From IMG/VR virus record IMGVR_UViG_2684622670_000019, positions 1 to 24,648 of that record: a DNA stretch of 24,648 bases. One strand, given 5' to 3'. The stretch is from a virus. Taxonomy: Duplodnaviria; Heunggongvirae; Uroviricota; Caudoviricetes. The notes beneath the pieces were generated by a model. The model was not told where the DNA came from, made no database searches, and was given only the letters and a program-made list of their open reading frames with translations. A program made the translations under genes and the position numbers. This document shows positions 8,125 through 18,863 of the stretch, one piece after another (within the stretch, counting starts at the first letter, position 1; every line of letters begins with the position of its first letter).

Positions 8125-8766
8125 ATGAATTTTGACGATCAATTCCCATCAAGAGTATCTCTGGCAAGACAGTCCAGGGGTATGACGCAGGCGCAGTTGT
8201 CAAAATTAGCTGGTGTTGTTCAACGTCAAATAGCTGCATACGAGGGTGGTGAGGCTAAACCACGGCTTCGTGTATTGCAGGCATTAGCCAACGCATTAGG
8301 TACTACGGCTGAGTGGTTAGCTCTGGGTGAAGGTCAGGGTCCGGGAACAAAAAACGTCATGCCTGACGTTCTGGTAAAGCAAATACCAATCCTCAAACTA
8401 GATGAAGTTATGCATTACCTAAACACAGGTGAACATTCATCGTCTAGATTTCATCCGGCAATATACAATGTTGGTGACTCTGCATTTGCATTGACTATTG
8501 AAGGTGAAGCTATGACTACAAGTTCAGGCATTAGCTTTCCCAGAGGATCAGTTGTCACGTTCAGCCCTCTAGTAAAAGCTAAAAGCAAAGATTATGTAAT
8601 AGCATCATTGGATAAAGAGCAAATATTGAGCTTCAAACAGGTTTACATTGGTGAAATAGAGACAAACCTAGTATCCCTAAACCCAATGTATCCTAATATT
8701 CTTGTTAGAAATGAAGATGTTAGTATTTTGGCAACCGCAGTTTACCTTGAAATCCCGTTGCTTTGA
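8125..8766 (+). CDS. Lambda-CI-fold repressor (N-terminal XRE HTH, C-terminal S24 LexA-like domain) with catalytic Ser replaced by Ala; predicted non-cleavable
   Basis: 213 aa; HTH (MTQAQLSKLAGVVQRQIAAYEGGEAKP); C-terminal domain aligns with the lambda CI C-terminal domain (VGDSAFALTIEGEAM versus ASDSAFWLEVEGNSM; SFKQV versus TFKKL; LNPMYP versus LNPQYP). Divergent from the arc-like operon, in the P22 mnt position. Confidence 0.75.
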   Translation: MNFDDQFPSRVSLARQSRGMTQAQLSKLAGVVQRQIAAYEGGEAKPRLRVLQALANALGTTAEWLALGEGQGPGTKNVMPDVLVKQIPILKLDEVMHYLNTGEHSSSRFHPAIYNVGDSAFALTIEGEAMTTSSGISFPRGSVVTFSPLVKAKSKDYVIASLDKEQILSFKQVYIGEIETNLVSLNPMYPNILVRNEDVSILATAVYLEIPLL

Positions 8767-8826
8767 TATCCTTTAGGAAGCGACACATTATCATCTGGTA
8801 TCCTGCTCAAAACTAAGGAGGTTGGT

Positions 8827-9054
8827 GTGAAGCGATGGTTCCTCATAATTACTGTTTTCGCGATCATTTACACTATTTTCCCTGCATTAAAAGCACCAAT
8901 GCAAATAATTTCACTAGCAATAATTGCGATTGGTGCTTTCATTGCAGTAGCCGTACTTGTGTTTAAGGTTTTAAAGTTTTTAGTTTGGCTATCAAAAGAT
9001 GATGGATGCAAAGTTCATCAAGAAAAAGAAGGCAAAATAACCAAAGTTGACTAA
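8827..9054 (+). CDS. Small two-TM membrane protein; candidate superinfection-exclusion or abortive-infection effector
   Basis: 75 aa; strong SD TAAGGAGG 5 nt upstream of GTG 8827; two hydrophobic helices (FLIITVFAIIYTIF, IISLAIIAIGAFIAVAVLVF) and a charged C-terminus; AT-rich; directly downstream of and co-oriented with the CI-like repressor; no recognisable homologue. Confidence 0.55.
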   Translation: MKRWFLIITVFAIIYTIFPALKAPMQIISLAIIAIGAFIAVAVLVFKVLKFLVWLSKDDGCKVHQEKEGKITKVD

Positions 9055-11174
9055 CTGTCACTAGCGAGCCATGTAATAATCCCCGTGCGGGCAATGGTTT
9101 TTGCTTCATCTGTTGATAAGGTTTTCTCCCATCTCTTAAATGCCCCAGATTGCATCAGTTTCCTTTCTATTACGCGTCTCACTTCTGCTCTGTCTACTGG
9201 TGCGTTTTGCAGGCGAAATAGCATTGATTTAAACTCAGGAGAAGACAGTAGAGCATCAGCAGCCTTTATCCTGCTTGTTTTCCCTGACATCAATGCGGAC
9301 GTTATCACCCCTGTTGCACCTACACCAGGAAGACCAGATAAGCTTGTAATACCTTCCGCCGCAGCAGCTTTTGAGGCTATTCCATAAATTTTTGCGAGAC
9401 TACCCTTTTCTTTCAGAAAGTTATTAACTTGCTGATCCACAAGGCTACTAGCATACTGCTTACCAGTATTGAGTCTATTCATAGACTTAGCTGCTTGATA
9501 AATCGTATCAAGGCGCTTTGATGCATCTGTGCCAATAGCATCACGGAGAGCCTTCATATTGGCCCCATTGCGTGACATTCCGTTATACCATTTTACAAAT
9601 CCATCAACTCCTAATTGCTGGCCAGGTGATTTGGCATAGCTGGTAAATGCTTTATTCATTGAGGTGAGCGCAACTTCCTGCCGCATATCCTTTGGAATTG
9701 ACTTCATTAATTGCCTAAAGTCACCACCGTTTCCTTTTGCCATATTAACAACAGCACTTTCAACTTTTGGAATTGCTGATTGCTGAAGTTTTCTACCCAA
9801 GACGGTTACAGCATCATCTTCAATGGATTTTCGTTTTTTTACCAACTCCTTACCAAGCGTCCATAACTCCCCTGCGCCATATTTTTCTGCGACAGCCTGT
9901 TGGTCATCTGTTATAGCTGCATATAACTTTTTAAGAACACCTGTTTCTTCATCCTTGAATGGACCAGAGCCTTTGCCAATAGCTTGCCCCACCTGCTTTC
10001 TAGCGAGATCTAAACGCCCATACGTTGGCAAGGTGTTTGGATCAAGTCGGTTCAATGTCCGCTTCATTATTGGAGATAATTCATCAATTCCACCTATGTC
10101 ATCAGCAAAATCCTCTAAAAAATTCAATGTATTAGTTGCCTCAATACGGTCTCTTACTGGAACCTTTTCGGCAATTTTGTTGTAGATGTTATCTGACTGA
10201 TTTTGTAATGATGAAATGGTTTTATCAAAATTATCTGCAAGCCTGTCAGAAACCAGTTGCTTATCAAGGCTTCCCCCAAATGAAGTTATCATTTCATCAG
10301 CTTTTCTTCCTAATTCAGTAATAAAACGCTTATGCGCCTCACTAATCTCTGTTCCAGGGAGACTTGCCACTGCATTATCAAGAGCCCTGACAGCGGGATT
10401 ATTAGAGATCATGCCTGGAGTGGCATAATTTTCCAGTTCTAGCTCACGAATAGCATTTATCGCGTTAAAATCAGGATTAACTTCATCGGCGAAATCTTGA
10501 ATAGCTCGTTGCCCGCCGATAAATTTATTGTCCATTGCGCCAGCAGCTTTCTTTAACGTTGCTTTAGATGATTTACTACCCATCCCTACGGATGAGCGAT
10601 AAATATCTCCGGCACTATTTTTAATTTTTCCTGCAATCTTCCCAAGCGCTGGGCCAACAATCTCTGCTACAGGGCCAGCCACAGCGCCAATAGCAGCGCC
10701 GGAAGCAACATCGCTATTTGTTCCATTGGCTACAATAGCCCCTTCTCCAGCACCAAGCCCTGCGGCGGCAGCCAGCCTTGCCGCCCCTTTCGGAACCTGA
10801 GAAATAATCCCACCACCACTAACAAATGGTGCTGCTTGTCCAACGAACTCACCAACATCTTGTGCGGTTGATGGTTTTGCCGCTAACTTCTGCTGTAGAG
10901 ACTGAATTGCGGCTTGCTCTTCTGGTGTCATATCCTGAAACAGGCCAACACCTTTACCAACATCCATCAATCCACTGAGAACGCCATACATAAAACGGTC
11001 GAAACCGTTGGCTTTATTAACAACATTTTCCTGTCTGGAATTTTCCTCTGGTGAAACCAAAGGTGATTGCTGCTGTTCTGGTTGGGCATCAAGCACAAAA
11101 CCATCAGGAAGCTGTGAGTTATCAGGCTGATTATCGAGAACAAAGCCTTCGGGTAAACCTACATCGGTTGCCAT
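9051..11174 (-). CDS. Ejection (E) protein, P22 gp16-like
   Basis: 707 aa, Gly/Ala-rich; last gene of the gp7-gp20-gp16 ejection-protein block by conserved P22-like gene order. Confidence 0.7.
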   Translation of the reverse strand: MATDVGLPEGFVLDNQPDNSQLPDGFVLDAQPEQQQSPLVSPEENSRQENVVNKANGFDRFMYGVLSGLMDVGKGVGLFQDMTPEEQAAIQSLQQKLAAKPSTAQDVGEFVGQAAPFVSGGGIISQVPKGAARLAAAAGLGAGEGAIVANGTNSDVASGAAIGAVAGPVAEIVGPALGKIAGKIKNSAGDIYRSSVGMGSKSSKATLKKAAGAMDNKFIGGQRAIQDFADEVNPDFNAINAIRELELENYATPGMISNNPAVRALDNAVASLPGTEISEAHKRFITELGRKADEMITSFGGSLDKQLVSDRLADNFDKTISSLQNQSDNIYNKIAEKVPVRDRIEATNTLNFLEDFADDIGGIDELSPIMKRTLNRLDPNTLPTYGRLDLARKQVGQAIGKGSGPFKDEETGVLKKLYAAITDDQQAVAEKYGAGELWTLGKELVKKRKSIEDDAVTVLGRKLQQSAIPKVESAVVNMAKGNGGDFRQLMKSIPKDMRQEVALTSMNKAFTSYAKSPGQQLGVDGFVKWYNGMSRNGANMKALRDAIGTDASKRLDTIYQAAKSMNRLNTGKQYASSLVDQQVNNFLKEKGSLAKIYGIASKAAAAEGITSLSGLPGVGATGVITSALMSGKTSRIKAADALLSSPEFKSMLFRLQNAPVDRAEVRRVIERKLMQSGAFKRWEKTLSTDEAKTIARTGIITWLASDS

Positions 11175-12502
11175 TGTCCGTTCCTATAAATGAGTTTCTG
11201 ACCAGTTTTAGGGTTCGTTGCCGTCGCGCCTTCTGATATCCCACTTGGCGCAGCTTTTGTCTGCCCATTACCACCTTGTGGTGTAGGCTGCGCTGGGACA
11301 TCGTCAAATAGCTTGGCCTTCCTTCTCCCTAAGCTTTTTTTCAGCCCCTGAGGAATAGTATCTCCATACGTATCCAGATATTCGTCTACCTGCTGGTTAA
11401 ACTGCTGCCCCATAGCGTTGGCGTTAATTTTTGCTGCGTTGACAATGTTATCCCTCGCTTCCTGTGATAAGCCATTCCCTGCATTAAGCTGGTCTACATA
11501 TCCTTTTATCTGCCCCCATATGCCATCAGAGCGCATGACCTGAACCTGTTCACCTTCGCGAACAACTGACTGAGGGTCGAGAGACTTCATGTAATTAAAG
11601 ATAATCCCAAGTTGGGCAGCGCCAGTATTTACCTTGCTAAGGGCTTGCAGAGAGTTTGCCGCCGCTCTGACAGAGTTATAATTTTTGCCAAAATTGGTAA
11701 TGTCAGAATTTAATCCCTTAATTAAGTCTGCTGACGGCTTACCTTTTTGCCCCAGCTCCATTAGCTTCAATCCCATCTCATCTGAGTGCATTTGTGCCCG
11801 CTGAGCCCTGTCTAGTTGAGCGTTCTGGATATTTGCCCATCCTCTCGCATTCTCCATATCAGCCTGACGGATGCTTTCATCCAATCGCCCTTTCTCAAGT
11901 TGGCGACCAACCATCTTATCCTGATAATCCAGCATTTTATCCGGACCAACAGCCCCTAGCGTCATAGTAGTCAGCATGTGTGATAGCTGCTCTGGATTCT
12001 GGATACCTGTCTGAATCATCCAGTCAGCATTCGCCCCCACGCGATTTAACCTGTCCTTGTTGTCAGTAATGAATTTACTGTAGGCTTCCGGTCCCTGAGA
12101 AAGAGCGACGTTAGCCCTCATGGCTAAATCGCCCATATCGTTGCGTTGCTGCTCATTAAGACCGGAAAACGCCTGTTGTGCCTGTGCAACAAACGCTGGA
12201 TTTTCCTGGGCAAACTTAAATAGTCCCGATGGATCACCAGAAGCCCATGCATCAGCATGAACCTTATTGAACGCACTAATAGCTTTCTGTTGCTGTTCCT
12301 GCTTATAAATATCAGCAACTCCAGCCAGACCACGTAACGCGGTCAGACCAACGTTATTTGCACCTGATCGAGCCAGTTCATTGTTTTCGCGGATCAGACC
12401 AAGCGTTGCGTTAATGTCGCTTGCCTTTGGCGCATTCTCGTTTTGCGCACCAATGCCAGCCAGAAAACCACCAGAATTAATACCCTGTTGCCACGTAGCC
12501 AT
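11159..12502 (-). CDS. Ejection protein, P22 gp20-like
   Basis: 447 aa; position between gp7 and gp16 homologues; Gln/Ala-rich composition typical of E-proteins. Confidence 0.65.
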   Translation of the reverse strand: MATWQQGINSGGFLAGIGAQNENAPKASDINATLGLIRENNELARSGANNVGLTALRGLAGVADIYKQEQQQKAISAFNKVHADAWASGDPSGLFKFAQENPAFVAQAQQAFSGLNEQQRNDMGDLAMRANVALSQGPEAYSKFITDNKDRLNRVGANADWMIQTGIQNPEQLSHMLTTMTLGAVGPDKMLDYQDKMVGRQLEKGRLDESIRQADMENARGWANIQNAQLDRAQRAQMHSDEMGLKLMELGQKGKPSADLIKGLNSDITNFGKNYNSVRAAANSLQALSKVNTGAAQLGIIFNYMKSLDPQSVVREGEQVQVMRSDGIWGQIKGYVDQLNAGNGLSQEARDNIVNAAKINANAMGQQFNQQVDEYLDTYGDTIPQGLKKSLGRRKAKLFDDVPAQPTPQGGNGQTKAAPSGISEGATATNPKTGQKLIYRNGQWQPM

Positions 12503-12512
12503 TGATTACCCC

Positions 12513-13202
12513 TTAAAACAACGAGCCAAGCAGACCAAGACCAGCACCGATACCAGCACCCCACGGAGTTGATAGCTCGAGAGCACTGGCTATGCCACCA
12601 CCCAAAAGCGCACCGGATGCAGCACCACTAACCCCCTGCTGCAATGCTGACGGTCGGTTGGCGTTTGCCGCAGCCAGCGCCGCGCTTTGCTGTGAAATCT
12701 GACTCATGTTGTTGGCATATGTTTGCCCGGCGTTTGCCTGCCCCTGAAGAGCGCCAAGACCGATATTTGCCAGGTTGTTGTAATTGTTCATTTGTCCAGA
12801 TAGCCATTGCTGACCAAGCGTTGGTGCGATTGTTGCTAACTGATTACTGGTTGCGGTGGAACCCAATCCACCTGTTGCTTCCGCTGCCGCCAGACTCTGA
12901 TAGCGCGCCTGACCAGCAAGGTCTTTGTACTGCTGAGAGTTGTAATACTGGTTAAGCGCCTGACCTTGCCCCTCCAGAGACGATAAGTTCTCGAGGCTGC
13001 CGACATACTTCTCAGCCAGAGGAGTAAACGGTTTCAGGTTGTTCATGATGGTGTTGAACTGCTGATTTTGCAGGTCTGCGGAATACTTCTGGGCTTCTGC
13101 TGCATACTTTGCGCTTTTATCGGCTCCACCTTTCCCGCCTTTTTCAGGGCAATAAGGTTCCTCGCCGCGCAGTTTTCTGCCCAGCTTAAATGCATATAAC
13201 AT
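12513..13202 (-). CDS. Ejection protein, P22 gp7-like
   Basis: 229 aa (same length as P22 gp7); N-terminus MLYAFKLGRKLRGEEP...; C-terminal Gly-rich hydrophobic tail. Confidence 0.7.
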   Translation of the reverse strand: MLYAFKLGRKLRGEEPYCPEKGGKGGADKSAKYAAEAQKYSADLQNQQFNTIMNNLKPFTPLAEKYVGSLENLSSLEGQGQALNQYYNSQQYKDLAGQARYQSLAAAEATGGLGSTATSNQLATIAPTLGQQWLSGQMNNYNNLANIGLGALQGQANAGQTYANNMSQISQQSAALAAANANRPSALQQGVSGAASGALLGGGIASALELSTPWGAGIGAGLGLLGSLF

Positions 13203-13204
13203 GG

Positions 13205-13663
13205 CTATCTCCCGTGATTCAGGAAGTCGATTAGTTCTTCGCGTGTGGCGCTGTAAAACGTCACGTCATCCACGCCTTTGAAGTATTTCTTGATGGTTCC
13301 TACACGCTTAAGGCCAATCATTGCGCAGTACATCTGCCCGTGGCGGAATTTGCGTGCAGCGAACGATGTGACGCACTGAACGGTGGTGTTAGTCAGAATG
13401 TATCGCCAGAACGCCAACCCGATTTCCTTGCTGAATCCACGAACCTCTGGCAGGTACATGGCGTGACAATCAAATGTAAGCGGCTGAATCTCCTGATAGT
13501 AAACAATGCCGCCGAACTGCCCGTGCACGTTCACCTCAAAGTAACGGCAATCAGGTTTGTAGTCGTATCCATCACCGTTGTTGCTCCCGGCAATAATGTC
13601 AGGGTGATTTCCGACTGCTTCGATCAGGTCGATGTTTCGCGTTGGTTTGAACTGAATCATCAC
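13205..13663 (-). CDS. Head-completion protein, P22 gp14-like
   Basis: 152 aa; position between the tail needle and gp7, as in P22-like phages. Confidence 0.6.
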   Translation of the reverse strand: MMIQFKPTRNIDLIEAVGNHPDIIAGSNNGDGYDYKPDCRYFEVNVHGQFGGIVYYQEIQPLTFDCHAMYLPEVRGFSKEIGLAFWRYILTNTTVQCVTSFAARKFRHGQMYCAMIGLKRVGTIKKYFKGVDDVTFYSATREELIDFLNHGR

Positions 13664-14508
13664 TGCTCCGCGATTATCTTGATGGTTGTGGCAGTAAATG
13701 CCGCACCATTTGACTGAATGGTTAACGTACTGCCATTTGTGGCAAGAAAGCCGTCTTTATCCACGCTGAAGAACGTAGCTAACAGGATGTTATCGGTTGT
13801 TGTCGCCGCATTACGACTGCTGACCAGCGTGTCAGGAACAGAGCCGGAAAAGGTTAGCTGCATTGACCTGTTGGCGGTTCCGCTGGGCCACGTCCCGACG
13901 ATCGACAGCTTGAAGAACAGGGTTTTGTTCTCGTTGAACACAACCATCTTGTTGTTAACGGTGTCGAAGAATGGTGCCAACGTTCCGGATGACGGCGTGA
14001 GCGTTTTCAGCAGGCTAACAAGGTTAGTCGGCGCTGCCGTGATGGTTACAGATACGCCAGAGTAAACAACCTCTGACTTCTTGCGAGTAGTGGCATACTC
14101 CAGAGCATCGATGCGCGTTTCATGGTCTGAAAGCGTGTTTTGAATGGCGACAACTTCATCCGTCAGGTAATCAATGTCGTTTTCTGCTGTCGTTAATCGT
14201 GAATCAAGGCCGACTATCGCAGCTTCTGCGTTAGTGATCCTTGTTTCGTGGTCCTGAATCTTAGCTTCAGCTGATGCCAGTCGAATTTCGTGATCGACAA
14301 GAATCACATCCTGCTCATCGTTCCTGACTTGTGCGTCATAAGCGCCCTGCCCTGCTTCGTTGGCCTTGTTCGCCACGTTACCAACATCAGTACCCTGTGC
14401 GATAACGTAAAGCAGATACGACTGCGAGAAGATATTGCGTGGAAGGACTGATGTGTCGAGCCGTGTAGCCTGAATGATTACCGGTACATTGAGATTCGAA
14501 TCAGCCAT
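13660..14508 (-). CDS. Tail needle (P22 gp26-like) with C-terminal knob extension
   Basis: 282 aa; N-terminus [43 protein letters not shown]...[20 protein letters not shown] matches the P22 gp26 N-terminus; followed by a heptad coiled coil and about 130 extra C-terminal residues, as in Sf6-type knobbed needles. Confidence 0.85.
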   Translation of the reverse strand: MADSNLNVPVIIQATRLDTSVLPRNIFSQSYLLYVIAQGTDVGNVANKANEAGQGAYDAQVRNDEQDVILVDHEIRLASAEAKIQDHETRITNAEAAIVGLDSRLTTAENDIDYLTDEVVAIQNTLSDHETRIDALEYATTRKKSEVVYSGVSVTITAAPTNLVSLLKTLTPSSGTLAPFFDTVNNKMVVFNENKTLFFKLSIVGTWPSGTANRSMQLTFSGSVPDTLVSSRNAATTTDNILLATFFSVDKDGFLATNGSTLTIQSNGAAFTATTIKIIAEQ

Positions 14509-15926
14509 TACTCAATCCTTATCTGGCAGCCAGACAGAGTTACAGGTGACTTAGTGATAACGCGCAATTTGAAGCCAATGTTTTTCCTGATGCGCCCTAC
14601 TTTCTTCCACAAAACGCGTTTGTCGTAAACGAACGGTTCATTCTGCTCAATCATCTGCTCACGCCCGTAATTGATGCCGTCAGTGGTTGCAGAGAGGAAC
14701 AGGCGGTCGGCGTACTGCGCAACGCCAGTTGACGATTCAACCTCAAGATCGAACACTCTGGCGTTATCCGCTTTGAACAACGGAGTAAACAGCAGGTGTT
14801 CCTGTTGCTTGTCGTACTGGCTGCTGATATCGAACTGCAATTTCCCTGTCATCGATTCAAGCTTATCGCCGCACGTTATTTGGTTGCCTTCGTAAATGAA
14901 GTCGATAGCGCGGTACACATCGTCATACAGGCCTGTTTTCAGTACACACCATTGCGGACCATTGGCGCTTGAAGATGCGTCGTACACGAGAACATGGCGC
15001 GGAAGGTGGATAATCAGCAACTCATGAGCATCAAATCTCAGCGATTCCATCACACCATCAGCCAGTTCATCAGCAGTGTAGGAGCGTAGTATTTTCTCAA
15101 TGCTCGCGCTGGCGATTGGTGATACCTGACCGGAGCCGATGATATACACAGACGGCGCACCTGTTGCCGGATTGCTGATAAACGCATAGGAATCAGCAAA
15201 CGGCGTTTTGCAGTAAGTTCCGGCGATGCCTTTCTGCACCATCAGCGATGGCTGTGCAACATACAAAGCGGCACCAACGGTGGTTGCCCCAGTCAGGGAA
15301 AAATATTCAATCGTCGATGAGCCAAAGCAGACGATGAAGTCTCGCCATGTTCCGATGCCGATGATACCGTCCGGCTGCGATTCTGCGCGATATTGTGCGC
15401 TGTATCGGTCAGGGTGCGATTCGTCTTCAAGGTCAGTGATAAACCATGAATCAGTGCCGTCTTTTGACCACGCATAACGCCCACGTAAGCGCGTAATGTC
15501 GCGGACTGAACCTAACTCATACTGCGTGAATCCGCTGTCTGTAGGCCAGTTTGAGACGGTTTTAACCGTGCCATCATAGCGATACTCGACCAGTTGACCA
15601 TTAACGCCTACTGCCTGTGATGTCCTACCGTGTGCCATTGATACGCGACCACTTCCGGCAACATCACCGACCTCGCTTTCGCCCTTATACAGCTTGCCGC
15701 CACACACGCGATATACAGCATTCTGCGCCATGTTGTACTCGACGCCGCGCGATACGCCGTTCACATCAGAACGTTTGGCAATGCCCGGGAATGAGCGAAG
15801 ATATCCGCTGCTGTTCAGGATTTCTTTGGGTGTAGCCAACATATTCACTGGGAGATAGTCGATATAGTCGGCGTTTCGAAAGTCTTTGCCGACACCTTTC
15901 ATAAGCGGAAGTTGCTGAATCGGCAT
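14508..15926 (-). CDS. Tail hub / head-completion protein, P22 gp10-like
   Basis: 472 aa (same length as P22 gp10); conserved position between gp4 and gp26. Confidence 0.75.
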   Translation of the reverse strand: MPIQQLPLMKGVGKDFRNADYIDYLPVNMLATPKEILNSSGYLRSFPGIAKRSDVNGVSRGVEYNMAQNAVYRVCGGKLYKGESEVGDVAGSGRVSMAHGRTSQAVGVNGQLVEYRYDGTVKTVSNWPTDSGFTQYELGSVRDITRLRGRYAWSKDGTDSWFITDLEDESHPDRYSAQYRAESQPDGIIGIGTWRDFIVCFGSSTIEYFSLTGATTVGAALYVAQPSLMVQKGIAGTYCKTPFADSYAFISNPATGAPSVYIIGSGQVSPIASASIEKILRSYTADELADGVMESLRFDAHELLIIHLPRHVLVYDASSSANGPQWCVLKTGLYDDVYRAIDFIYEGNQITCGDKLESMTGKLQFDISSQYDKQQEHLLFTPLFKADNARVFDLEVESSTGVAQYADRLFLSATTDGINYGREQMIEQNEPFVYDKRVLWKKVGRIRKNIGFKLRVITKSPVTLSGCQIRIE

Positions 15927-15935
15927 TTATTCACC

Positions 15936-16397
15936 TCACGTACTCGGATCATCTTTCTCGATGTAAAACCGATTCCACGTAAACGCGCTTTTGTTACCAC
16001 TACCGCGAGGCATGTCATTTCGCCGCTCAAGTGGTGGTATTTTGGTTAAAGCGATACAGATTGTTTGATATGCACTGTCAGCAGCGGTAAGGAGAGCGTC
16101 TGACGGCTGAATGACGTTATCCATGCACACTTGCACAGCGAGTTTCAAAGCGACGCCATCATTTGCCCATGCAGGGATACCTGAATCATCGTCAGGTAAC
16201 GGCATGATGCCGTTTTCTGTATCAGCAAACAGATACCCAAGCTCGATACCTTTCGCCTGCCATGCTGCCATCATGTCTTCGAGGTCATTAATGGCATCTT
16301 CAATTGCCTGAGGGTCAGCATCTGTCAACGTGGCATTGGAATACAGCCCGGCTTTTCGTAAAGCCTTTAGAACGAGATCACCCTTCGTTTTCGCCAT
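15936..16397 (-). CDS. Tail adaptor / head-completion protein, P22 gp4-like
   Basis: 153 aa; MAKTKGDLVLKALRKAGLYSNATLTDADPQAIEDAINDLEDMMAAW resembles the P22 gp4 N-terminus. Confidence 0.75.
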   Translation of the reverse strand: MAKTKGDLVLKALRKAGLYSNATLTDADPQAIEDAINDLEDMMAAWQAKGIELGYLFADTENGIMPLPDDDSGIPAWANDGVALKLAVQVCMDNVIQPSDALLTAADSAYQTICIALTKIPPLERRNDMPRGSGNKSAFTWNRFYIEKDDPST

Positions 16398-16566
16398 CTT
16401 CTTCCGCCTTAGCCACTTTTTGCTTCGTTGCGGTTTCTTCAGGAGTTTTTACCCAGCCTTTTTTCAGGTGAGATTTAACTTCTTCGTCATCAACAATGAT
16501 GTAATCGACAGCAAACTGACCACAGGTGATCATGTTGCCCGGCTTATAGAGCATTGTTCGTGACAT
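16378..16566 (-). CDS. Small hypothetical protein between coat and gp4
   Basis: 62 aa from ATG 16566 (MSRTMLYKPGN...) with SD GGGAGA upstream; acidic C-terminus; overlaps the gp4 start. Confidence 0.45.
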   Translation of the reverse strand: MSRTMLYKPGNMITCGQFAVDYIIVDDEEVKSHLKKGWVKTPEETATKQKVAKAEEDGENEG

Positions 16567-16607
16567 TGTCTTCTCCCAATAAAAATGGGGCCGAAGCCCC
16601 ACTAAAA

Positions 16608-17861
16608 TTACTGCCCGGCAATAACGATGCCCGTATATTCAGGAACAAGTACAGAGCAACCGTACAGAGTGGTGAAACGCGCAGTGGTTACGCCTTTGAT
16701 GTGGTCGAAGGCGTAAGACATGATCAGCGTAGCGCCCTGCTCGGTGGTTGCTGTCATTACCTGTGGACCCTGACCAGTCGGGAACGCCAGTTTGCCGTAC
16801 ATCAGCTCAACAGAACCATCAGCCCAGAACAGGTTAGCCGGTGCGGCATTTTTGTTGAGAATGGTAATTGCTGCACCATTTGCCGCGTTAGCATCAACGT
16901 TTGCATATGGTCGGCTGGCGACATCCGCGTTGTCAGGCGGCAGAATTTTCGGGGAGATAGTTACTGTCGTTCCGCTTACAGCCAGAACGCGGAATACCTG
17001 CGGCTGCCCGGTGGTATCTTTGGTGATCTGATGTACGGAATTCACGCCAGCAATGGTGAACGCATCGCCAACCTGCAAACCAGATGCAGATACCGTAATG
17101 GTCCCCTGTCGGTTATCCACTGGCATATCGTTGACATCTTTCGCTTCAACCTTGTGCGCAGGTTCAGCCGCCAGTGTCAGGGAAGTTGCTGTACCCTTCG
17201 GAACACGACCAGAAATATCGGTCTTGTAGCTATCGAAGGACGCAACCGGAGGGATCTGCGCTTTTTCGTATGCCGTCAGGGTTGCGCCCTGAGCATAGGC
17301 ACGGTGACCAAGCTCGCCAGCAAGGTCTTTGTAGTTGAAGGGGTTCCAGAAAGAGCGACGGTTGATACCCTGAGGTACACCAATCGCCGTCATGGTGGCA
17401 TCAATACCTGCCGCACAGTTCCACAAATCACGGCCCTGTGAACCAGTGGTTGAGTCAGCCATTGTGATCACGTTAGTAGCACGCTGCGTGACCATGGAAA
17501 TCAGGTCAGAGTCAATCTGTGCAGCAAGGCGCATACCTGCGGCGCGACCAGCTTCAGTTTTATGCTCAGGGTCACGCATTTCACGCGCATCCAGAGTGTA
17601 CAGAATGTTTTTCGGCTCCTTGAACACAGAAGGAACAAGGCGCTGAACCAGTGCTGTTGGCGTTTTGCTGCTGAGGTCGAGGCCTTCCTCAATGTTCATG
17701 TGGTAATGCTGCGGACGATACAGAACATCACCTGCTCGCTGCATTGCTGTATCACCGGGACGGAATTTTTTAGCGTTACGGGAAACTACGCAGGCGGCCT
17801 CAAAGCCTTCAACGTAGTTTTCGAACATGATTTCAAGGTCTTTTGCTAATTGGTTAGCCAT
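16608..17861 (-). CDS. Major coat protein, P22 gp5-like
   Basis: 417 aa; several motifs shared with P22 coat from memory (KKF.P...MQR; VDNR...VGD.F..AGV; NVFWAD); position after the scaffold gene. Confidence 0.85.
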   Translation of the reverse strand: MANQLAKDLEIMFENYVEGFEAACVVSRNAKKFRPGDTAMQRAGDVLYRPQHYHMNIEEGLDLSSKTPTALVQRLVPSVFKEPKNILYTLDAREMRDPEHKTEAGRAAGMRLAAQIDSDLISMVTQRATNVITMADSTTGSQGRDLWNCAAGIDATMTAIGVPQGINRRSFWNPFNYKDLAGELGHRAYAQGATLTAYEKAQIPPVASFDSYKTDISGRVPKGTATSLTLAAEPAHKVEAKDVNDMPVDNRQGTITVSASGLQVGDAFTIAGVNSVHQITKDTTGQPQVFRVLAVSGTTVTISPKILPPDNADVASRPYANVDANAANGAAITILNKNAAPANLFWADGSVELMYGKLAFPTGQGPQVMTATTEQGATLIMSYAFDHIKGVTTARFTTLYGCSVLVPEYTGIVIAGQ

Positions 17862-17879
17862 GCTTAATGCTCCGATAGG

Positions 17880-18773
17880 TTATTTTTTTGCCTTTTTAGC
17901 GGCGAAATACGGCGTCCAGTCACCAGTTTCCAGCGCCTTGGCTTTCAATTTGTCGAGGTTGTTGATTACTGCGCCGTTGCTCCCCTTAACCGTCGGGGTT
18001 GTGGCTGCCGTGGTTTTTGCTTTTGGCATGATTCTGGCCTTCGATTCGATACGTTCCAGCAGACGACCAATTGCTACGGGGTTGGTAGCTTCTGCCAGTT
18101 GCTTGCGCAGTTCAGCGTTGCGACCAAGCGCCAGAACAACGATTTCCGGCTTCTCTGACTCAAACAGGATCGCGTTTTGTGTCTCGATGGGAACTTCCTC
18201 GAGTACGGCCTGCTCAGCTTCCTGATAGCCAGGAACTTTGAGAGCCTTAACACGTTGCTGATATTTGGATAATCGCTCTTGATAGGCAGCCTGAAGCTCC
18301 TGCTCCTTCTGCTTGCGAGCCATCTCCTGTTGCTGGTACTTGCCGTTATCCTCTGCCCACTTAGCCATGCGTTGCTGGTAGATTTCTTCATCGAACCCGA
18401 TGTCCTCATCATCCAGTTTTGGCATTCGCGGTGGTTGAGTGATTACCGGCTGCTGCTCGACGGGTTTCTGAGACTGACGCATCAGCTCTTTCAGCTCGCG
18501 GTCTTTCTCTTTAATCGTCTTGCGCAGGTGTTTTACCAGTCCATGCTCTGCGCCATCTTCGCTGGTTGGCGAATCCAGCTTTTCGTCACCAAAGTAGAAT
18601 TCCTGTTCTGATTCGTCGTCATCAGTTTCAGTAGCTTCCTCTGCATCATTGCCGGAGGACTCACTGCCATCTTCTGTTTCGACTTCTTCAGCCAGTTCGA
18701 CATCATCAGGAATCTGCTCTGACGCGTCGGTTTCGATTTCAACTTCTGGTGTGTTTTCTGCCATCTGGTCCAT
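17880..18773 (-). CDS. Scaffolding protein
   Basis: 297 aa; highly acidic N-terminus, predicted coiled-coil centre, basic C-terminus; between portal and coat. Confidence 0.7.
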   Translation of the reverse strand: MDQMAENTPEVEIETDASEQIPDDVELAEEVETEDGSESSGNDAEEATETDDDESEQEFYFGDEKLDSPTSEDGAEHGLVKHLRKTIKEKDRELKELMRQSQKPVEQQPVITQPPRMPKLDDEDIGFDEEIYQQRMAKWAEDNGKYQQQEMARKQKEQELQAAYQERLSKYQQRVKALKVPGYQEAEQAVLEEVPIETQNAILFESEKPEIVVLALGRNAELRKQLAEATNPVAIGRLLERIESKARIMPKAKTTAATTPTVKGSNGAVINNLDKLKAKALETGDWTPYFAAKKAKK

Positions 18774-18863
18774 TTGTTACCCCTGTTTACTCGATGTTCA
18801 GCCCATCGGAAGGCAATAGGGTGCAAGGCCTCATAAAGACAGCCATTGCACGTTATGGGTTAA

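Noticed and set aside
16554-17441. 295-aa plus-strand ORF antisense to the coat gene
   Set aside because: Lies entirely within the coat-protein CDS on the opposite strand; Cys/Arg-rich nonsense-like translation typical of a shadow ORF in GC-rich coding DNA.
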